A stretch of 64,000 bases of DNA from assembly GCA_015062445.1 (NCBI GenBank), contig SUUQ01000005.1:1668-65667 (forward strand). The letters are read 5' to 3'. Below, one piece after another: positions 46,446-56,904 of this stretch. The stretch comes from Alphaproteobacteria bacterium (GTDB taxonomy: Bacteria > Pseudomonadota > Alphaproteobacteria > Rs-D84). Below the pieces are notes generated by a model. The model was given only the letters and a program-made list of their open reading frames with translations, did no database searches and was not told where the DNA came from. The position numbers and the translations under genes were made by a program. How positions within the stretch are numbered: the stretch's first letter is position 1; each line of letters starts with the position of its first letter.

Positions 46446-49400
46446 AGAAAGTAATAACGACATTAATATGTTTTTTACTGACATTTTCTGCAAACGCAGC
46501 TGATGTTTTGTTGAAACTGAATTCTGAAACATTGGGTGCATCTATCAGCAGTCATTTTTCCGCAGAAGATGCAGTAAATGTAGCCATTCGTGTTCGAGAT
46601 TTGTTGGAAAAATCACCAGATGGCATTTCTGCTGTTGATATGTGGTCTGTTTGCACGGCCGGTGGCATAAAAATAGAAGAAAACTCGGGCAAGGCCAGAT
46701 GTCAGGCATTTTTACAATCGCTGGTTACATTTTCTGACAAAAATTATGTTCGTGTATGCAATGCGAATGAATTCAAGAAAATCTTGGATACAAATATTCG
46801 TGACATATCAAAATGCGAGCGGGAATTCTTTAACAAAACAAATGTTCAGTTGGTCCAAGCGGTTGAATTGGCCAAGATGTATGCGCGTGTAAAATGGAAC
46901 GATGACGGTGTTGTTTGCAGCAATACATACAACCAGGCCGAAAATGATGATTGGTTATCATGTAAATCGCTAAAAACTGGTGCGTTTTACGAATTTAAAT
47001 TTGACGATGTAAAAGAGTCGATTGACAACAGGATTCAAGATGATGTTCGTGACAGTGTGTGCAGACTGTACGATGGTTCCTGGTCTGCGGGTGATTACTG
47101 TGCATCTGTAACACCAGAAACCTGTGATAAAATATCTGATGGTTCCAAGACACTTGGTGTCCAGGTCGAATGGAAATCTGACAAATGTTATCTGTTGTTC
47201 CACCAGATAAGTGATTTCAGTGAAATCAAACAGGGCTGTGGTATTGATCCGTTAACGTTCTGTCGCAAACGTGACTTGCAGTTGCAATCTAATTTGGGGT
47301 TATATGATTTGTTGCAACAGCATGTATCTGACAAGTGTGGAACCCCCATGCACGATGTTCGTTGTGACGCAACATTTAAAACATTTCGTGGAACCAGTGG
47401 TGGTTGCAACCTGGGGATATTTGCACAAAAAGATGATATTATTTCATGCTATGCGGGCAATCAGCAGATAGATTTCTTGATTGACGATGTTAATGAATGG
47501 AGTGATAGCCGTGCCCAAGCAGGTCAACAGGGGGTGATGTGTATCACAGAAAACGGTACATTTGACGGCAAAAATTGTGTTGCCCTGAACGAGCAGGCGT
47601 GCACTGCATTGCAACAAGAAAACGCAACAGTTTGTCCAGAATGTAAAGAGGTTGAATGGGACCCAGGGCTGGGGTTGTGTGTTTTGAAATCTGCCCGTGC
47701 CATGACCAGAATCGACAAAGCCGTTGAATTTACTACGGCGGCTGGTGTTGTTGTTGCAGGTGTTGCCGTTGGTGTGTTGACTGGTGGTGCGGCGGCGCCA
47801 GGGGTTTGGGCAATTGTGGCCAAAACAGGAAGTGTATTGTTATACGCAGGTGGCGCAGCCGTTGTTGGGTCTGAAGCGGTTATGACATATGGAATATGGG
47901 ATCCGTTTGTAAAAGCTGCAAATAAATGTATTTTAGAAAATGATGCCAAATGTGCAGAAGATTTGGTTGTTCGCGAACTGAATTCTATGCAAAGTTATTC
48001 CGAAGATTTGACAGATAACGAAGCGGCTGCACTGGATGAAACATTCAAACATCTGATACAGATGATACCAGAAGATTCTGAATTCTGGACAGATTTCTTT
48101 GGAAATCCTGAATTCTTTGATTGCACTGTTCCTACCGATCCACAAACATGCGTTGTCAAAGAAAGTGCACAGTTCTGGCAGGTTGCAAGAACTGCTGGAA
48201 ACACCATGATGATTGCGGGTGGCGCACTAAAGATGCTGTCCAATATGGGGACGATATTCAAACAATCCAGGGAACTTCTGCGTCTAAGGGTTGAAGCAAT
48301 GCCACGGCATAAAAATATCGGGGTTTTGGCCCAGGTTAATGCATGGGGAACGCGTGGGATATCAATGCCCAATCGGATAATTCCAGAAGTTGCTGCAAAG
48401 CTGGGGTTGAACAATGTCACAACGAATTCGGAACTTGTAAAGGCGATGGGCTGGAAAGTTGGCCAAGAATTGATGTGGAATCCTACTACGCAAACAATCG
48501 TCCAGGGTGCGGCTATGAATCCATATGGTTTGGTGCCAATCGGTATTGGCACAGGTGGCTTGATTATGGTTCCAGACGATACTGATTTTATTGTTCAGCG
48601 TTCTTGGGCACAGGAATCAAACGAAATCCCAGAACCCGAGGTTATTCTTGATGACATTGTCATTGATGATACGATTGAACCACTGCCAACGGATATTGTG
48701 TTCGATGACACAGTGATTGTTGTGCCGCCGCGTAAGGTTCCAACGGTAAAACCTGGGGCAGACGAAATTCCAGAACCCGAGGTTATTCTTGATGACATTA
48801 TCATTGATGATACGATTGAACCGGTTCCCAATAATTCTGATTTCAATTCAGATCAGATCTATGTCTCGCCGATTCCGGTGTCTGCCGATGCGGGGCGTAA
48901 TGTTCAACCGTATTCTGTTGAACGTTCTGGCGGACGTGGTTGGATTGCCGCGGCAACTGTTGCGGGGCTGGTCGGAACAGGTGTACTGGTCGGTACATTG
49001 GTTGGCAAAGATCGCAATGATTCCAATAAATCAAATACCAACACATCAGGCAATTCTGCACTGGAATCGCTGATGGTTGTGGCAGGTGGGGTATTGGGAT
49101 ATGTAGACAACAATGAAATTACATTAATACCACTGCCAACTGTATTAAATACATACGCACCAATCGTGGATATAAACAATCGTGCAGTGGTTGTGGTGTT
49201 GTATCGTGGGTATAATCTGCCGTATTATCTGGATGCATCGGCTGGCACATGGGTTCCATTGCTGGGGATTGGTGCAAATGGCGGCTGGTTTAATACGTAT
49301 CCACAAACACCAACAACCGGTATATCTAAATTGGATGATATTACCCAGCTGTTAAATCGCATGCTGATGCCACGCACGGTTTCGCCATATGTTGGCCAAA

Positions 49401-49564
49401 ATGCGTCCGGGGTCCAGTTCCCATCAGCATCGACATTGGCATATTCGACAATAAATGCCATGTTCCCATTAGGTGTTGTAACTTCGTACAATGGCACGTT
49501 CAGCCCATCTGACCAGAAATTGTATGACAACAATTATCAAAAGATGCGAAATCTGTTTAACTAG
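46442..49564 (+). CDS. Large (1041 aa) secreted/membrane-anchored Cys-rich protein with an internal 47-aa tandem repeat
   Basis: Signal peptide 'MKKVITTLICFLLTFSANAADV'; more than 35 Cys in the N-terminal 420 aa; hydrophobic segments 'AAGVVVAGVAVGVLTGG' and 'WIAAATVAGLVGTGVLVGTLVG'; acidic repeat 'EIPEPEVILDDI(V/I)IDDTIEP' occurs twice. Confidence 0.7.
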   Translation: MKKVITTLICFLLTFSANAADVLLKLNSETLGASISSHFSAEDAVNVAIRVRDLLEKSPDGISAVDMWSVCTAGGIKIEENSGKARCQAFLQSLVTFSDKNYVRVCNANEFKKILDTNIRDISKCEREFFNKTNVQLVQAVELAKMYARVKWNDDGVVCSNTYNQAENDDWLSCKSLKTGAFYEFKFDDVKESIDNRIQDDVRDSVCRLYDGSWSAGDYCASVTPETCDKISDGSKTLGVQVEWKSDKCYLLFHQISDFSEIKQGCGIDPLTFCRKRDLQLQSNLGLYDLLQQHVSDKCGTPMHDVRCDATFKTFRGTSGGCNLGIFAQKDDIISCYAGNQQIDFLIDDVNEWSDSRAQAGQQGVMCITENGTFDGKNCVALNEQACTALQQENATVCPECKEVEWDPGLGLCVLKSARAMTRIDKAVEFTTAAGVVVAGVAVGVLTGGAAAPGVWAIVAKTGSVLLYAGGAAVVGSEAVMTYGIWDPFVKAANKCILENDAKCAEDLVVRELNSMQSYSEDLTDNEAAALDETFKHLIQMIPEDSEFWTDFFGNPEFFDCTVPTDPQTCVVKESAQFWQVARTAGNTMMIAGGALKMLSNMGTIFKQSRELLRLRVEAMPRHKNIGVLAQVNAWGTRGISMPNRIIPEVAAKLGLNNVTTNSELVKAMGWKVGQELMWNPTTQTIVQGAAMNPYGLVPIGIGTGGLIMVPDDTDFIVQRSWAQESNEIPEPEVILDDIVIDDTIEPLPTDIVFDDTVIVVPPRKVPTVKPGADEIPEPEVILDDIIIDDTIEPVPNNSDFNSDQIYVSPIPVSADAGRNVQPYSVERSGGRGWIAAATVAGLVGTGVLVGTLVGKDRNDSNKSNTNTSGNSALESLMVVAGGVLGYVDNNEITLIPLPTVLNTYAPIVDINNRAVVVVLYRGYNLPYYLDASAGTWVPLLGIGANGGWFNTYPQTPTTGISKLDDITQLLNRMLMPRTVSPYVGQNASGVQFPSASTLAYSTINAMFPLGVVTSYNGTFSPSDQKLYDNNYQKMRNLFN
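48623..48822 (+). repeat. Intragenic near-identical 59-nt direct repeat (48623-48681 and 48764-48822)
   Basis: 'gaaat(c/t)ccagaacccgaggttattcttgatgacatt(g/a)tcattgatgatacgattgaacc' occurs twice with a 141-nt period. Confidence 0.9.
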
Positions 49565-49569
49565 CTATA

Positions 49570-49599
49570 AAAGTGCCACATCCGTGGCATTTTTTTTGC
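49570..49599 (+). terminator. Rho-independent terminator
   Basis: 'gccacatccgtggc' followed by a T8 run. Confidence 0.7.
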
Positions 49600-49718
49600 A
49601 TCAGAAAGAATTGTTGCAAAAAAATACAAATTTTTACTTGAAAAAAAATTATTAAAACATATAATAATTAAGAAATTTAATAAATTTCCAACACGGACCC
49701 ATTATACAGGAGTTTACA

Positions 49719-50168
49719 TTGGCACGCAAGGAATTTGTTCGTCTTATGGAAGAAAACATTTGGACACTGGACAAAATCGCAGACAAACTGCGACTGGACC
49801 GTGTTGATACAACTGGATATCCACGTCAGCTGATGTCGATTTTGGTGCGCCTGCACAATGGCGGTCGTGCCCGGCTAAAGGATATTGCCCGTCGTGAACA
49901 TGTTTCGGCACCGAATCTGTGTGCGGCATTTCGCAAACTGGAACGTGATGGTATGGTTGTTCGCACCATTGACGAAGACGATCGCCGTAACACATGGTAC
50001 TGTGTATCGGAACGTGGTTCTGAATTGGCGGTTGTTGCGATGGACCTGTTTCGCAGCGGTATTGAACGTGTTTTTGCAAACGTGTCCCGTGAAGACGAAG
50101 CACGTCTGACTGATGCCCTGCGTACAATGCATGATGTATTAAAAAAGGTGGAGTTAAATAATGATTAA
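49719..50168 (+). CDS. MarR-family transcriptional regulator
   Basis: Winged-helix region 'QLMSILVRLHNGGRARLKDIARREHVSAPNLCAAFRKLERDGMVVR'. TTG start with RBS 'acaggag'. Confidence 0.75.
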   Translation: MARKEFVRLMEENIWTLDKIADKLRLDRVDTTGYPRQLMSILVRLHNGGRARLKDIARREHVSAPNLCAAFRKLERDGMVVRTIDEDDRRNTWYCVSERGSELAVVAMDLFRSGIERVFANVSREDEARLTDALRTMHDVLKKVELNND

Positions 50169-51492
50169 TCGTATCTGCACAGTGCCATTACTTGTGGCAT
50201 TGTTCGCCGGTGTTTCGATGCCGGCTTATTCTTTGGACTTGTCTTTATCAGATGCACTTGGCATGATAGAACGTGAATCACACGATATTAAAAAGGCAAA
50301 TGCCAACCTGGCCCGTGCCCAGGCATCATTGGATGCGGCCAATGCAAATCGTTGGTTTAAATTAGATGGTTCTATGTCATACATGAACATGGTGAATATT
50401 AAAAATCCAACAGAATCACAAAAGATTGAATTGCCGCCTGAAATGGGTGGTCTGATTTCTGAATCATTAAAGGATCAATCTGTTGTTATTGAAATCCCAG
50501 ATAATATTTTACAGGCGGGTTTGACCCTGACTCAGCCGATTTACACATTTGGTAAAATTGGCAATGCGGTCAAATCTGTTAAATCTGCAATCAAGATGGC
50601 GGAAAGTTCCAGTGAACTGACCCGTCGCCAGGTACGTTATGCTGCGGCTGATTTGTATTGGACGGCCCGCATGACAGATGACATTGTAAAATTGGCAGAA
50701 AACGATTTGAAAAATGCCCGTGATGCCCGGCGTAAATTAACAGCTGCGGGCCGTGCCCATCGCAGCAATTTGCTAAAGATTGAATCAGACATTGCATCCA
50801 AGGAAATAAATGTATCTGATGCATACTTCAATCGTGACACTGCCCATCGCATGTTAAAAATAATGGCGGGGATAGATGTGGACGAAGAACTGACATTGAC
50901 GGACAGTTTTCCATCTGAATTTGGTCCATTAAATGCGGGTGAATTGCAGACAACACCCCAATGGGACATACTGTCAGAACAGGTAAACATGTACGAACGT
51001 CTGGCCCGCAGCCAACGTGCCAACGGATATCCGACATTGGCGGCCACTGCATCGTATTCATATTCGACAATGGCGGGCGACATTGGTCATTTGTTTGATA
51101 AATCCGGGGGCCAGTCAACATATTGGGGATTGGCATTGCAGATGCCGATTTTCAGTGGTGGTCTGAACCGTGCCAATGCCACGATAGAGGCAATGAATGC
51201 CGCCGCCGCCCGTGAAGACCTGGCCCAGGCCAAGAAGATGATTACCGAAGAATATAACACTGCGGTCCAGCGATATGAACATCTGCGTGGCAATTTATCG
51301 ACATTGCAAAACGCACGTGATTTGGCGGCCAAGACATATACTTTGTCCCAGAATCGATTTGCATCTGGCCAGACATCTGCGGTTGAATTGGCGGATGTGT
51401 CTGCTGGCTTGTATCAGTTGGATTTGGCATTGTTAAATACACGATACAATATTTTAATGTCTGCAGAAACGGTAAAAAAATTGGGGGAATAA
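50161..51492 (+). CDS. TolC-like outer-membrane efflux protein
   Basis: Signal peptide plus two repeats of the OEP helical/beta pattern (e.g. 'LTLTQPIYTFGKI', 'ALQMPIFSGGL'). Overlaps the marR stop. Confidence 0.8.
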   Translation: MINRICTVPLLVALFAGVSMPAYSLDLSLSDALGMIERESHDIKKANANLARAQASLDAANANRWFKLDGSMSYMNMVNIKNPTESQKIELPPEMGGLISESLKDQSVVIEIPDNILQAGLTLTQPIYTFGKIGNAVKSVKSAIKMAESSSELTRRQVRYAAADLYWTARMTDDIVKLAENDLKNARDARRKLTAAGRAHRSNLLKIESDIASKEINVSDAYFNRDTAHRMLKIMAGIDVDEELTLTDSFPSEFGPLNAGELQTTPQWDILSEQVNMYERLARSQRANGYPTLAATASYSYSTMAGDIGHLFDKSGGQSTYWGLALQMPIFSGGLNRANATIEAMNAAAAREDLAQAKKMITEEYNTAVQRYEHLRGNLSTLQNARDLAAKTYTLSQNRFASGQTSAVELADVSAGLYQLDLALLNTRYNILMSAETVKKLGE

Positions 51493-51496
51493 GAAA

Positions 51497-52084
51497 ATGC
51501 AAAAGATAAAGAAAACAAAATTAAAACATATTTTATACGTTGCGCTGGTTGTGCTGATGGCAGGGTGGGTTGTGTTTCGCTTTGCGGCGGTTGCGTCTGA
51601 AAATGCCCGTTATGTATTTAATGCGGCCCGTGTTGCTGCAGATTCTGGTGCACCAATTCAGACCCTGGATGTTGCAACGCAATCTGGCACATTGTATTTA
51701 CCACTGTCGGTTCAGAACAATCGTGCATACGTATCTGGCGATGTTGCTGCCAATCTGAAGGCGGGCCAGCGTATTGGCAATGGCCAGATTGTATCTGTGT
51801 CACGTAATTTGGATTTAGATACTGGCCGTTTTGTTGTTCGTACATCTGGTGTATCTGACGGTTTGCAATTTGCCCAGTTTACGACCACGGGTCATTTTAT
51901 TCCGCTGTATGCGATAAATAATGGCACTGTTATGGTTGCCCAAGATGGTGTTGCAGTTTCTCGTGACATAACTGTTGCCCGCCAAGATGCAGAAAATGCC
52001 TATGTAACATCTGGGTTAAATGATGGTGATGTTGTTATATTGTCATCTGTATCTGCCGGAACCAAGGTTCGTGTGATTGAATAA
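51497..52084 (+). CDS. Short periplasmic adaptor (membrane-fusion-protein-like) subunit
   Basis: N-terminal TM, then a beta-rich region 'YVSGDVAANLKAGQRI' typical of barrel-sandwich/MP domains. It lacks the long alpha-hairpin. Lies between the OMP and the RND pump. Confidence 0.5.
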   Translation: MQKIKKTKLKHILYVALVVLMAGWVVFRFAAVASENARYVFNAARVAADSGAPIQTLDVATQSGTLYLPLSVQNNRAYVSGDVAANLKAGQRIGNGQIVSVSRNLDLDTGRFVVRTSGVSDGLQFAQFTTTGHFIPLYAINNGTVMVAQDGVAVSRDITVARQDAENAYVTSGLNDGDVVILSSVSAGTKVRVIE

Positions 52085-52117
52085 GTGTATGTATGAAAAA
52101 ATAAAAGGGGACATAAC

Positions 52118-55100
52118 ATGTTGAAATTTTTTGTTCGCAGACCGATTACAACATTAATGTTTGTTTTGGTATGGGTTGTATTGGGATTGGTATCATTTCC
52201 GAATATGAATATCGAGCGTACACCATCGGTTGATTTTCCAATGGTAACATCAACGTTTATATATCCTGGGGCATCGCCTGCCGAATTGGAATCCCAGGTT
52301 GTAAAACGTGCCGAAGATGCGATATCCGAAGTATCTGAATTAAAAAAGATAACATCATACATTTATGAAAACAGTGCCATGGTAATGGCGGAATTTAATC
52401 TGGGTGTAAACGTTAATGACAAGGCCTCAGAGGTAAAAACGAAACTGGATGCATTAACGTCCGAGTTTCCATCAGACATGGAACAACCTGTTGTTGAAAA
52501 GTTAAATGTATTACAGGAATCTGTGGTTGATATTGTTTTACGTGGTGCAGATGCCCGTGACCTGGAAGAATATGTTGACGATCATTTGTCGACCAAGATA
52601 ACAGGTATTTCTGGTGTGGCCAGTGTATCGGTATTTGGTGGTCGTGAACGTGCGATACGCATTGCGATGAATCCAGATGCGATGGCGGCCCATGGTGTAA
52701 CAATTATGGATGTTGTATCTGCATTGGGGGCGCATAACCTGAATGTACCTGGGGGTAAAATTGAAACATCGGTCAGTTCATCGAACGTTCGTTTTATTGG
52801 TGAATTTGCATCTGTTTCCCAGATTGCAGATCTGCAGATTACCACCGCCGAAGGTGACCAGTTTAAATTATCAGAAATTGCCACCATTACAGATTCTGCC
52901 CGTGATATTGAAACGGGGGCCCGTTATAATGGTGAACCTGTTGTTATTGCGTCTGTGGTCAAATCATCAGACGGTAATGCGATAAACATATCGCGTGAAA
53001 TACAAAAACGTATGCCTGAATTTGAATCAGACCTGCGTGCGACATTTCCAAATGCAGAAATATTAATTGCTGCGGATTCGTCGATTGCAGTATCTGACGA
53101 AACGGACAGCACGATTAACGGTATTATTTTGGGGGTAATATTCACTGTCTTGGTATTATTGGCATTTACCCGCAACTGGCGTTCGACAGTTATTGCCGGT
53201 GTTGTAATTCCTGCATCATTGATTGCTGGATTCTTCTTTATGGACGGTTCTGGCTTTACAATTAATGCGATGACATTGTTGGCATATTCATCTGCGTTGG
53301 GAACATTGGTATCGAATGCGATTATTCTGATTGAATCTGCACTGCAGGAAATGCATTCTGGCAAGAACCCAATCGATGCAGCGATTGATGGTACGAAAAA
53401 GGTTGCTGTATCCGTATTGGCGGGTGTTGGTACAAACGTAGTTGTGTTCCTGCCATTGGCATTTATGGGTGGAATTGTTGGCCAGTTCATGGTTCAGTTT
53501 GGTATGACGGTTGTATATTTAACATTGTTGTCATTAATGTTCTCGTTTACATTAACACCAATGATGATTGCCCAGTTTTTGCGATTGACTGGTGGGAAAA
53601 AGCGTTCCAAATCGGAACAGACTCCATCTGCAACATCACACAGCGATAACAACAGTTGGCTGTACCGCTGGTATAAATACCAGTCTGCCCATCCATGGCG
53701 TGTTATTGGTTTGGTTGCTGTGATATTTGTTGCATCTACAATGTTGATGCGTTTTGTCGGGAACGAATTTTCACCCACGACCGATGCAAATGAAATCACT
53801 ATAACTGCCCGTGCCCCAATGGGTGCGACCTTTGAAAAATCTGAATCCATCGCCCAGCAGTTGGAACAACGTTTATCCCAGTTCCCCGAAGTATCTGCAA
53901 CCACTGTGAAAATCGGCGACCAAGGATTGCAGAACATTGACATTACGGTTGAATTGGTTGACGTTTCCGACCGTGACATATCTGATAAAATGTTGGCACA
54001 AAAAATGTTGCCTGTGATATCAGATATTGCCGATGCAGAAATTCAGATTCGTGCGGGCGAAGCGCACTCGGCTGGCTCGACATCTGACCTGGTGTTGAAT
54101 GTTTTTGGTGATGACGATGCCCTGCGTGAATCCTATGCATCTAAAATCATTGACATAATCAATCAGATACCCGAAGTGCAATCTGCCGTTCGTGCCCAAC
54201 AGACACCTGCACTGGAAACCCAGTTTGTCCCCGACCAGGACAAGATGAATTTCTGGGGTGTTCAGAACGCATATGCCGGTACGATACTGCGTACTGCACT
54301 GTACGGGAACGATGATTACAAGTACAAAGAAAACGGCGAAGAATATCCGATAATTTTGGAATTTGCCAAACCGTTCAAAACTGCATCGTTCTTTGATAAC
54401 GTCTATGTAAATTCGCAAAAAGGCATGATACCATTATCTGCCCTGGGGGAAATCAAGATGGAACGTGCGACCCCTGATATTCGCCGTGAAAATAAAAATC
54501 GTCTGACAGAAATCGACATTAACATTGGTAAGTCCACAATGGGGCCGGTTCAGATGAAGATTCAGTCCGAACTGGATAAAATCGACTGGGAATATGGCTA
54601 TCATGCTGAATTTGGTGGTATGTCCGAACACCAGGCCGAAAGCAGCAGTGAAATTGGCAAAGCATTCTTGCTGGCAACCATCTTAACGTTTATGTTGTTG
54701 GCGGCGATAATGAATTCCTTGGCGCATCCATTTACAATTGTGACATCAATTTTGACCAGTTTTACAGGTGTGTTTGTGTTGATGTTCTTGTCTGGTGCAA
54801 CGATGAATATTGGTGCGATGTTGGCGTTTGTTATGTTGGTTGGATTGGTTGTTAATAATAACATCTTGGTATTGGAACCAACGATTAACCGGATTAATAA
54901 TGGCGAAGACATGCACACCGCCCTGTGGACAGAATTAAAAGACAAACGTAACATGGTTTTAATGACGTCCATCGCAGTTATTGCAGGTATGGTGCCCCAG
55001 TTATGGTCGATTGACGGCATGAAGGTTGCCATGGGTGCTGTTATGATTGGTGGTATGTTTGCCAGTTTGGTATTTACATTTACATTGACACCTGCATTGT

Positions 55101-55150
55101 TCTTTTTAATTGAACGTGCCCGTCATTGGCGACCAAAATTCCGCAAATAA
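52118..55150 (+). CDS. RND-family (HAE1/AcrB-like) efflux transporter
   Basis: 1010 aa, 12-TM architecture with two large periplasmic loops. The N-terminal 'RRPITTLMFVLVWVVLGLVSF' is typical of AcrB/CzcA. Confidence 0.9.
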   Translation: MLKFFVRRPITTLMFVLVWVVLGLVSFPNMNIERTPSVDFPMVTSTFIYPGASPAELESQVVKRAEDAISEVSELKKITSYIYENSAMVMAEFNLGVNVNDKASEVKTKLDALTSEFPSDMEQPVVEKLNVLQESVVDIVLRGADARDLEEYVDDHLSTKITGISGVASVSVFGGRERAIRIAMNPDAMAAHGVTIMDVVSALGAHNLNVPGGKIETSVSSSNVRFIGEFASVSQIADLQITTAEGDQFKLSEIATITDSARDIETGARYNGEPVVIASVVKSSDGNAINISREIQKRMPEFESDLRATFPNAEILIAADSSIAVSDETDSTINGIILGVIFTVLVLLAFTRNWRSTVIAGVVIPASLIAGFFFMDGSGFTINAMTLLAYSSALGTLVSNAIILIESALQEMHSGKNPIDAAIDGTKKVAVSVLAGVGTNVVVFLPLAFMGGIVGQFMVQFGMTVVYLTLLSLMFSFTLTPMMIAQFLRLTGGKKRSKSEQTPSATSHSDNNSWLYRWYKYQSAHPWRVIGLVAVIFVASTMLMRFVGNEFSPTTDANEITITARAPMGATFEKSESIAQQLEQRLSQFPEVSATTVKIGDQGLQNIDITVELVDVSDRDISDKMLAQKMLPVISDIADAEIQIRAGEAHSAGSTSDLVLNVFGDDDALRESYASKIIDIINQIPEVQSAVRAQQTPALETQFVPDQDKMNFWGVQNAYAGTILRTALYGNDDYKYKENGEEYPIILEFAKPFKTASFFDNVYVNSQKGMIPLSALGEIKMERATPDIRRENKNRLTEIDINIGKSTMGPVQMKIQSELDKIDWEYGYHAEFGGMSEHQAESSSEIGKAFLLATILTFMLLAAIMNSLAHPFTIVTSILTSFTGVFVLMFLSGATMNIGAMLAFVMLVGLVVNNNILVLEPTINRINNGEDMHTALWTELKDKRNMVLMTSIAVIAGMVPQLWSIDGMKVAMGAVMIGGMFASLVFTFTLTPALFFLIERARHWRPKFRK

Positions 55151-55180
55151 AAAAATCCCCGTTTGGGGATTTTTTATTTT
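55149..55180. terminator. Bidirectional terminator (RND pump / pyk)
   Basis: 'aaaaaaatccccgtttggggatttttta'. Confidence 0.75.
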
Positions 55181-55192
55181 ATTTTTTTAGTA

Positions 55193-56563
55193 TCAGTCCA
55201 TAGTTCTTAAACTGATTTTTTCTTCATCAACGATAACCAGTTTTCCCATATTGATATGGCATTGCCGTGCGGCATTAAATCCATCCCGCATACCGAACAG
55301 TTCTGTATCAAACATTGGGAACACACCCCGCAACAGGCACAGTTGATTTGCAATCATTGAATCGTTGCAAACTGCGATAACTGGGATATCTGGTTTTCTG
55401 CATGCGATTTGTGTTGTGGCAATTGTATCCCGTGCAAAGACAACGATTGCCGATGCCCGGTTCAGATATGCCATTGATGCGACCGACCGTGACCAGTCGT
55501 TTTCTGGGATATTTTCGACCCGTGACCAGTCATATGGATTTGCGATTGCGTCTGCGTCTGCATGCGACAGAATATTTGCCATTGTTTTGATGACGTTCAC
55601 AGGATTGATTCCGATTGTTGTTTCTTCGCTGGTCATGGTTGAATCTGCCCGCAAATACGCAGTGTTTGCCACGTCTGTAATTTCGGCCCGTGTTGGGAAT
55701 TCGCTGCACACCATCGACCCCAGCATTTGTGTTGCAACGATAACAGGTTTATTCATCTTTCTGCATTCACGAATTATGTGTCGTGAAATTGCAGGTACTT
55801 CAGCATACGGTACTTCGACCGCCAGGTCGCCCCGTGCAATCATAATACCGTCTGCAGCGGCGGCAATATCGGTTATACGTTCGACTGCGTTTGGTCGTTC
55901 AATTTTTGCGATGATTTTAATTGGTGCGCTGCTGCGTTGTGTTATAAAGTCGCGCACTTCTGCAACGTCTTCTGGTTTTTGCACAAAAGAAATTGCGACA
56001 TAGTCTGGTTTTTTTGTGATTGCATATTCCAGGTCTGCCCTGTCTTTGCCGGTCAGCACAGACGTATTAATTTCTGTATCAGGCAGGTTAAAACCCCGTC
56101 TGGACCAGATTTCGTTTCCACGAACAACTGTTGCATCAACCTTGCCATGTTCAGTATTGGTCACCTGCATTTCGATTTTGCCGTCGTTCAACAGAATTCT
56201 GTCGCCAACATTCAGTGAATCCAGCACATCCACATCGGGCAAATGCACACGTTTTTCATTACCTGGTGTTGGGTCTGAATCAAATGTGAACGTCTGCCCA
56301 ATTACCAGTGGATATTTATTTTCTGTTTCAAAGTTTCCAATGCGATGTTTTGGCCCCTGCAGGTCAATCATAATTGCCACAGGCATATTCAGTTCACTTG
56401 ATATTTCACGAATCATATCAATTTTTTTACCTTGGACATCACCTGTATCGTGGCTAAAGTTCAGTCGGCACATATTAACCCCGGCCAAAATCATTTGCGT
56501 CAGTGTTTCACGATCTTCGCAGTTTGGTCCGATTGATGCGGTAATTTTTGTAAACTTATTCAT
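55193..56563 (-). CDS. pyk: Pyruvate kinase
   Basis: 'KITASIGPN', 'NFSHD', 'DLQGPKHRIG' and 'MVARGDLAVEV' motifs. Confidence 0.93.
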   Translation of the reverse strand: MNKFTKITASIGPNCEDRETLTQMILAGVNMCRLNFSHDTGDVQGKKIDMIREISSELNMPVAIMIDLQGPKHRIGNFETENKYPLVIGQTFTFDSDPTPGNEKRVHLPDVDVLDSLNVGDRILLNDGKIEMQVTNTEHGKVDATVVRGNEIWSRRGFNLPDTEINTSVLTGKDRADLEYAITKKPDYVAISFVQKPEDVAEVRDFITQRSSAPIKIIAKIERPNAVERITDIAAAADGIMIARGDLAVEVPYAEVPAISRHIIRECRKMNKPVIVATQMLGSMVCSEFPTRAEITDVANTAYLRADSTMTSEETTIGINPVNVIKTMANILSHADADAIANPYDWSRVENIPENDWSRSVASMAYLNRASAIVVFARDTIATTQIACRKPDIPVIAVCNDSMIANQLCLLRGVFPMFDTELFGMRDGFNAARQCHINMGKLVIVDEEKISLRTMD

Positions 56564-56655
56564 AATAATTCCTTCCTGATTTCGATTTTGTTTTTCTTGA
56601 TTTTTTCGAATAATGATATATCATAAATGGCATAAATAAACAAGGGGAAAACAGA

Positions 56656-56904
56656 ATGAAGCAAGCAAATCACGGTGCCATTGACAACGAACAGTTGTTA
56701 AGTGTTATTCAAAGAATTGAAAAATTAAACGAAGATGCCGCAGCCATTGCCGCCGACATCAAAGAAATTTACAGCGAAGCGAAATCTGCTGGTTTTGATC
56801 CAAAGTATATCCGTCAAATGATACGTCTGCGTAAAATGGATCCAGATGAATTGGATGAAACCGATGAATTAACCCAGATGTATCGCAACGCATTGGGCAT
56901 ATAA
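56656..56904 (+). CDS. gapR: GapR-like DUF2312 nucleoid-associated protein
   Basis: 'LLSVIQRIEKLNED...DIKEIYSEAKSAGFDPKYIRQMIRLRKMD' matches the alphaproteobacteria-specific GapR/DUF2312 consensus. Confidence 0.85.
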   Translation: MKQANHGAIDNEQLLSVIQRIEKLNEDAAAIAADIKEIYSEAKSAGFDPKYIRQMIRLRKMDPDELDETDELTQMYRNALGI

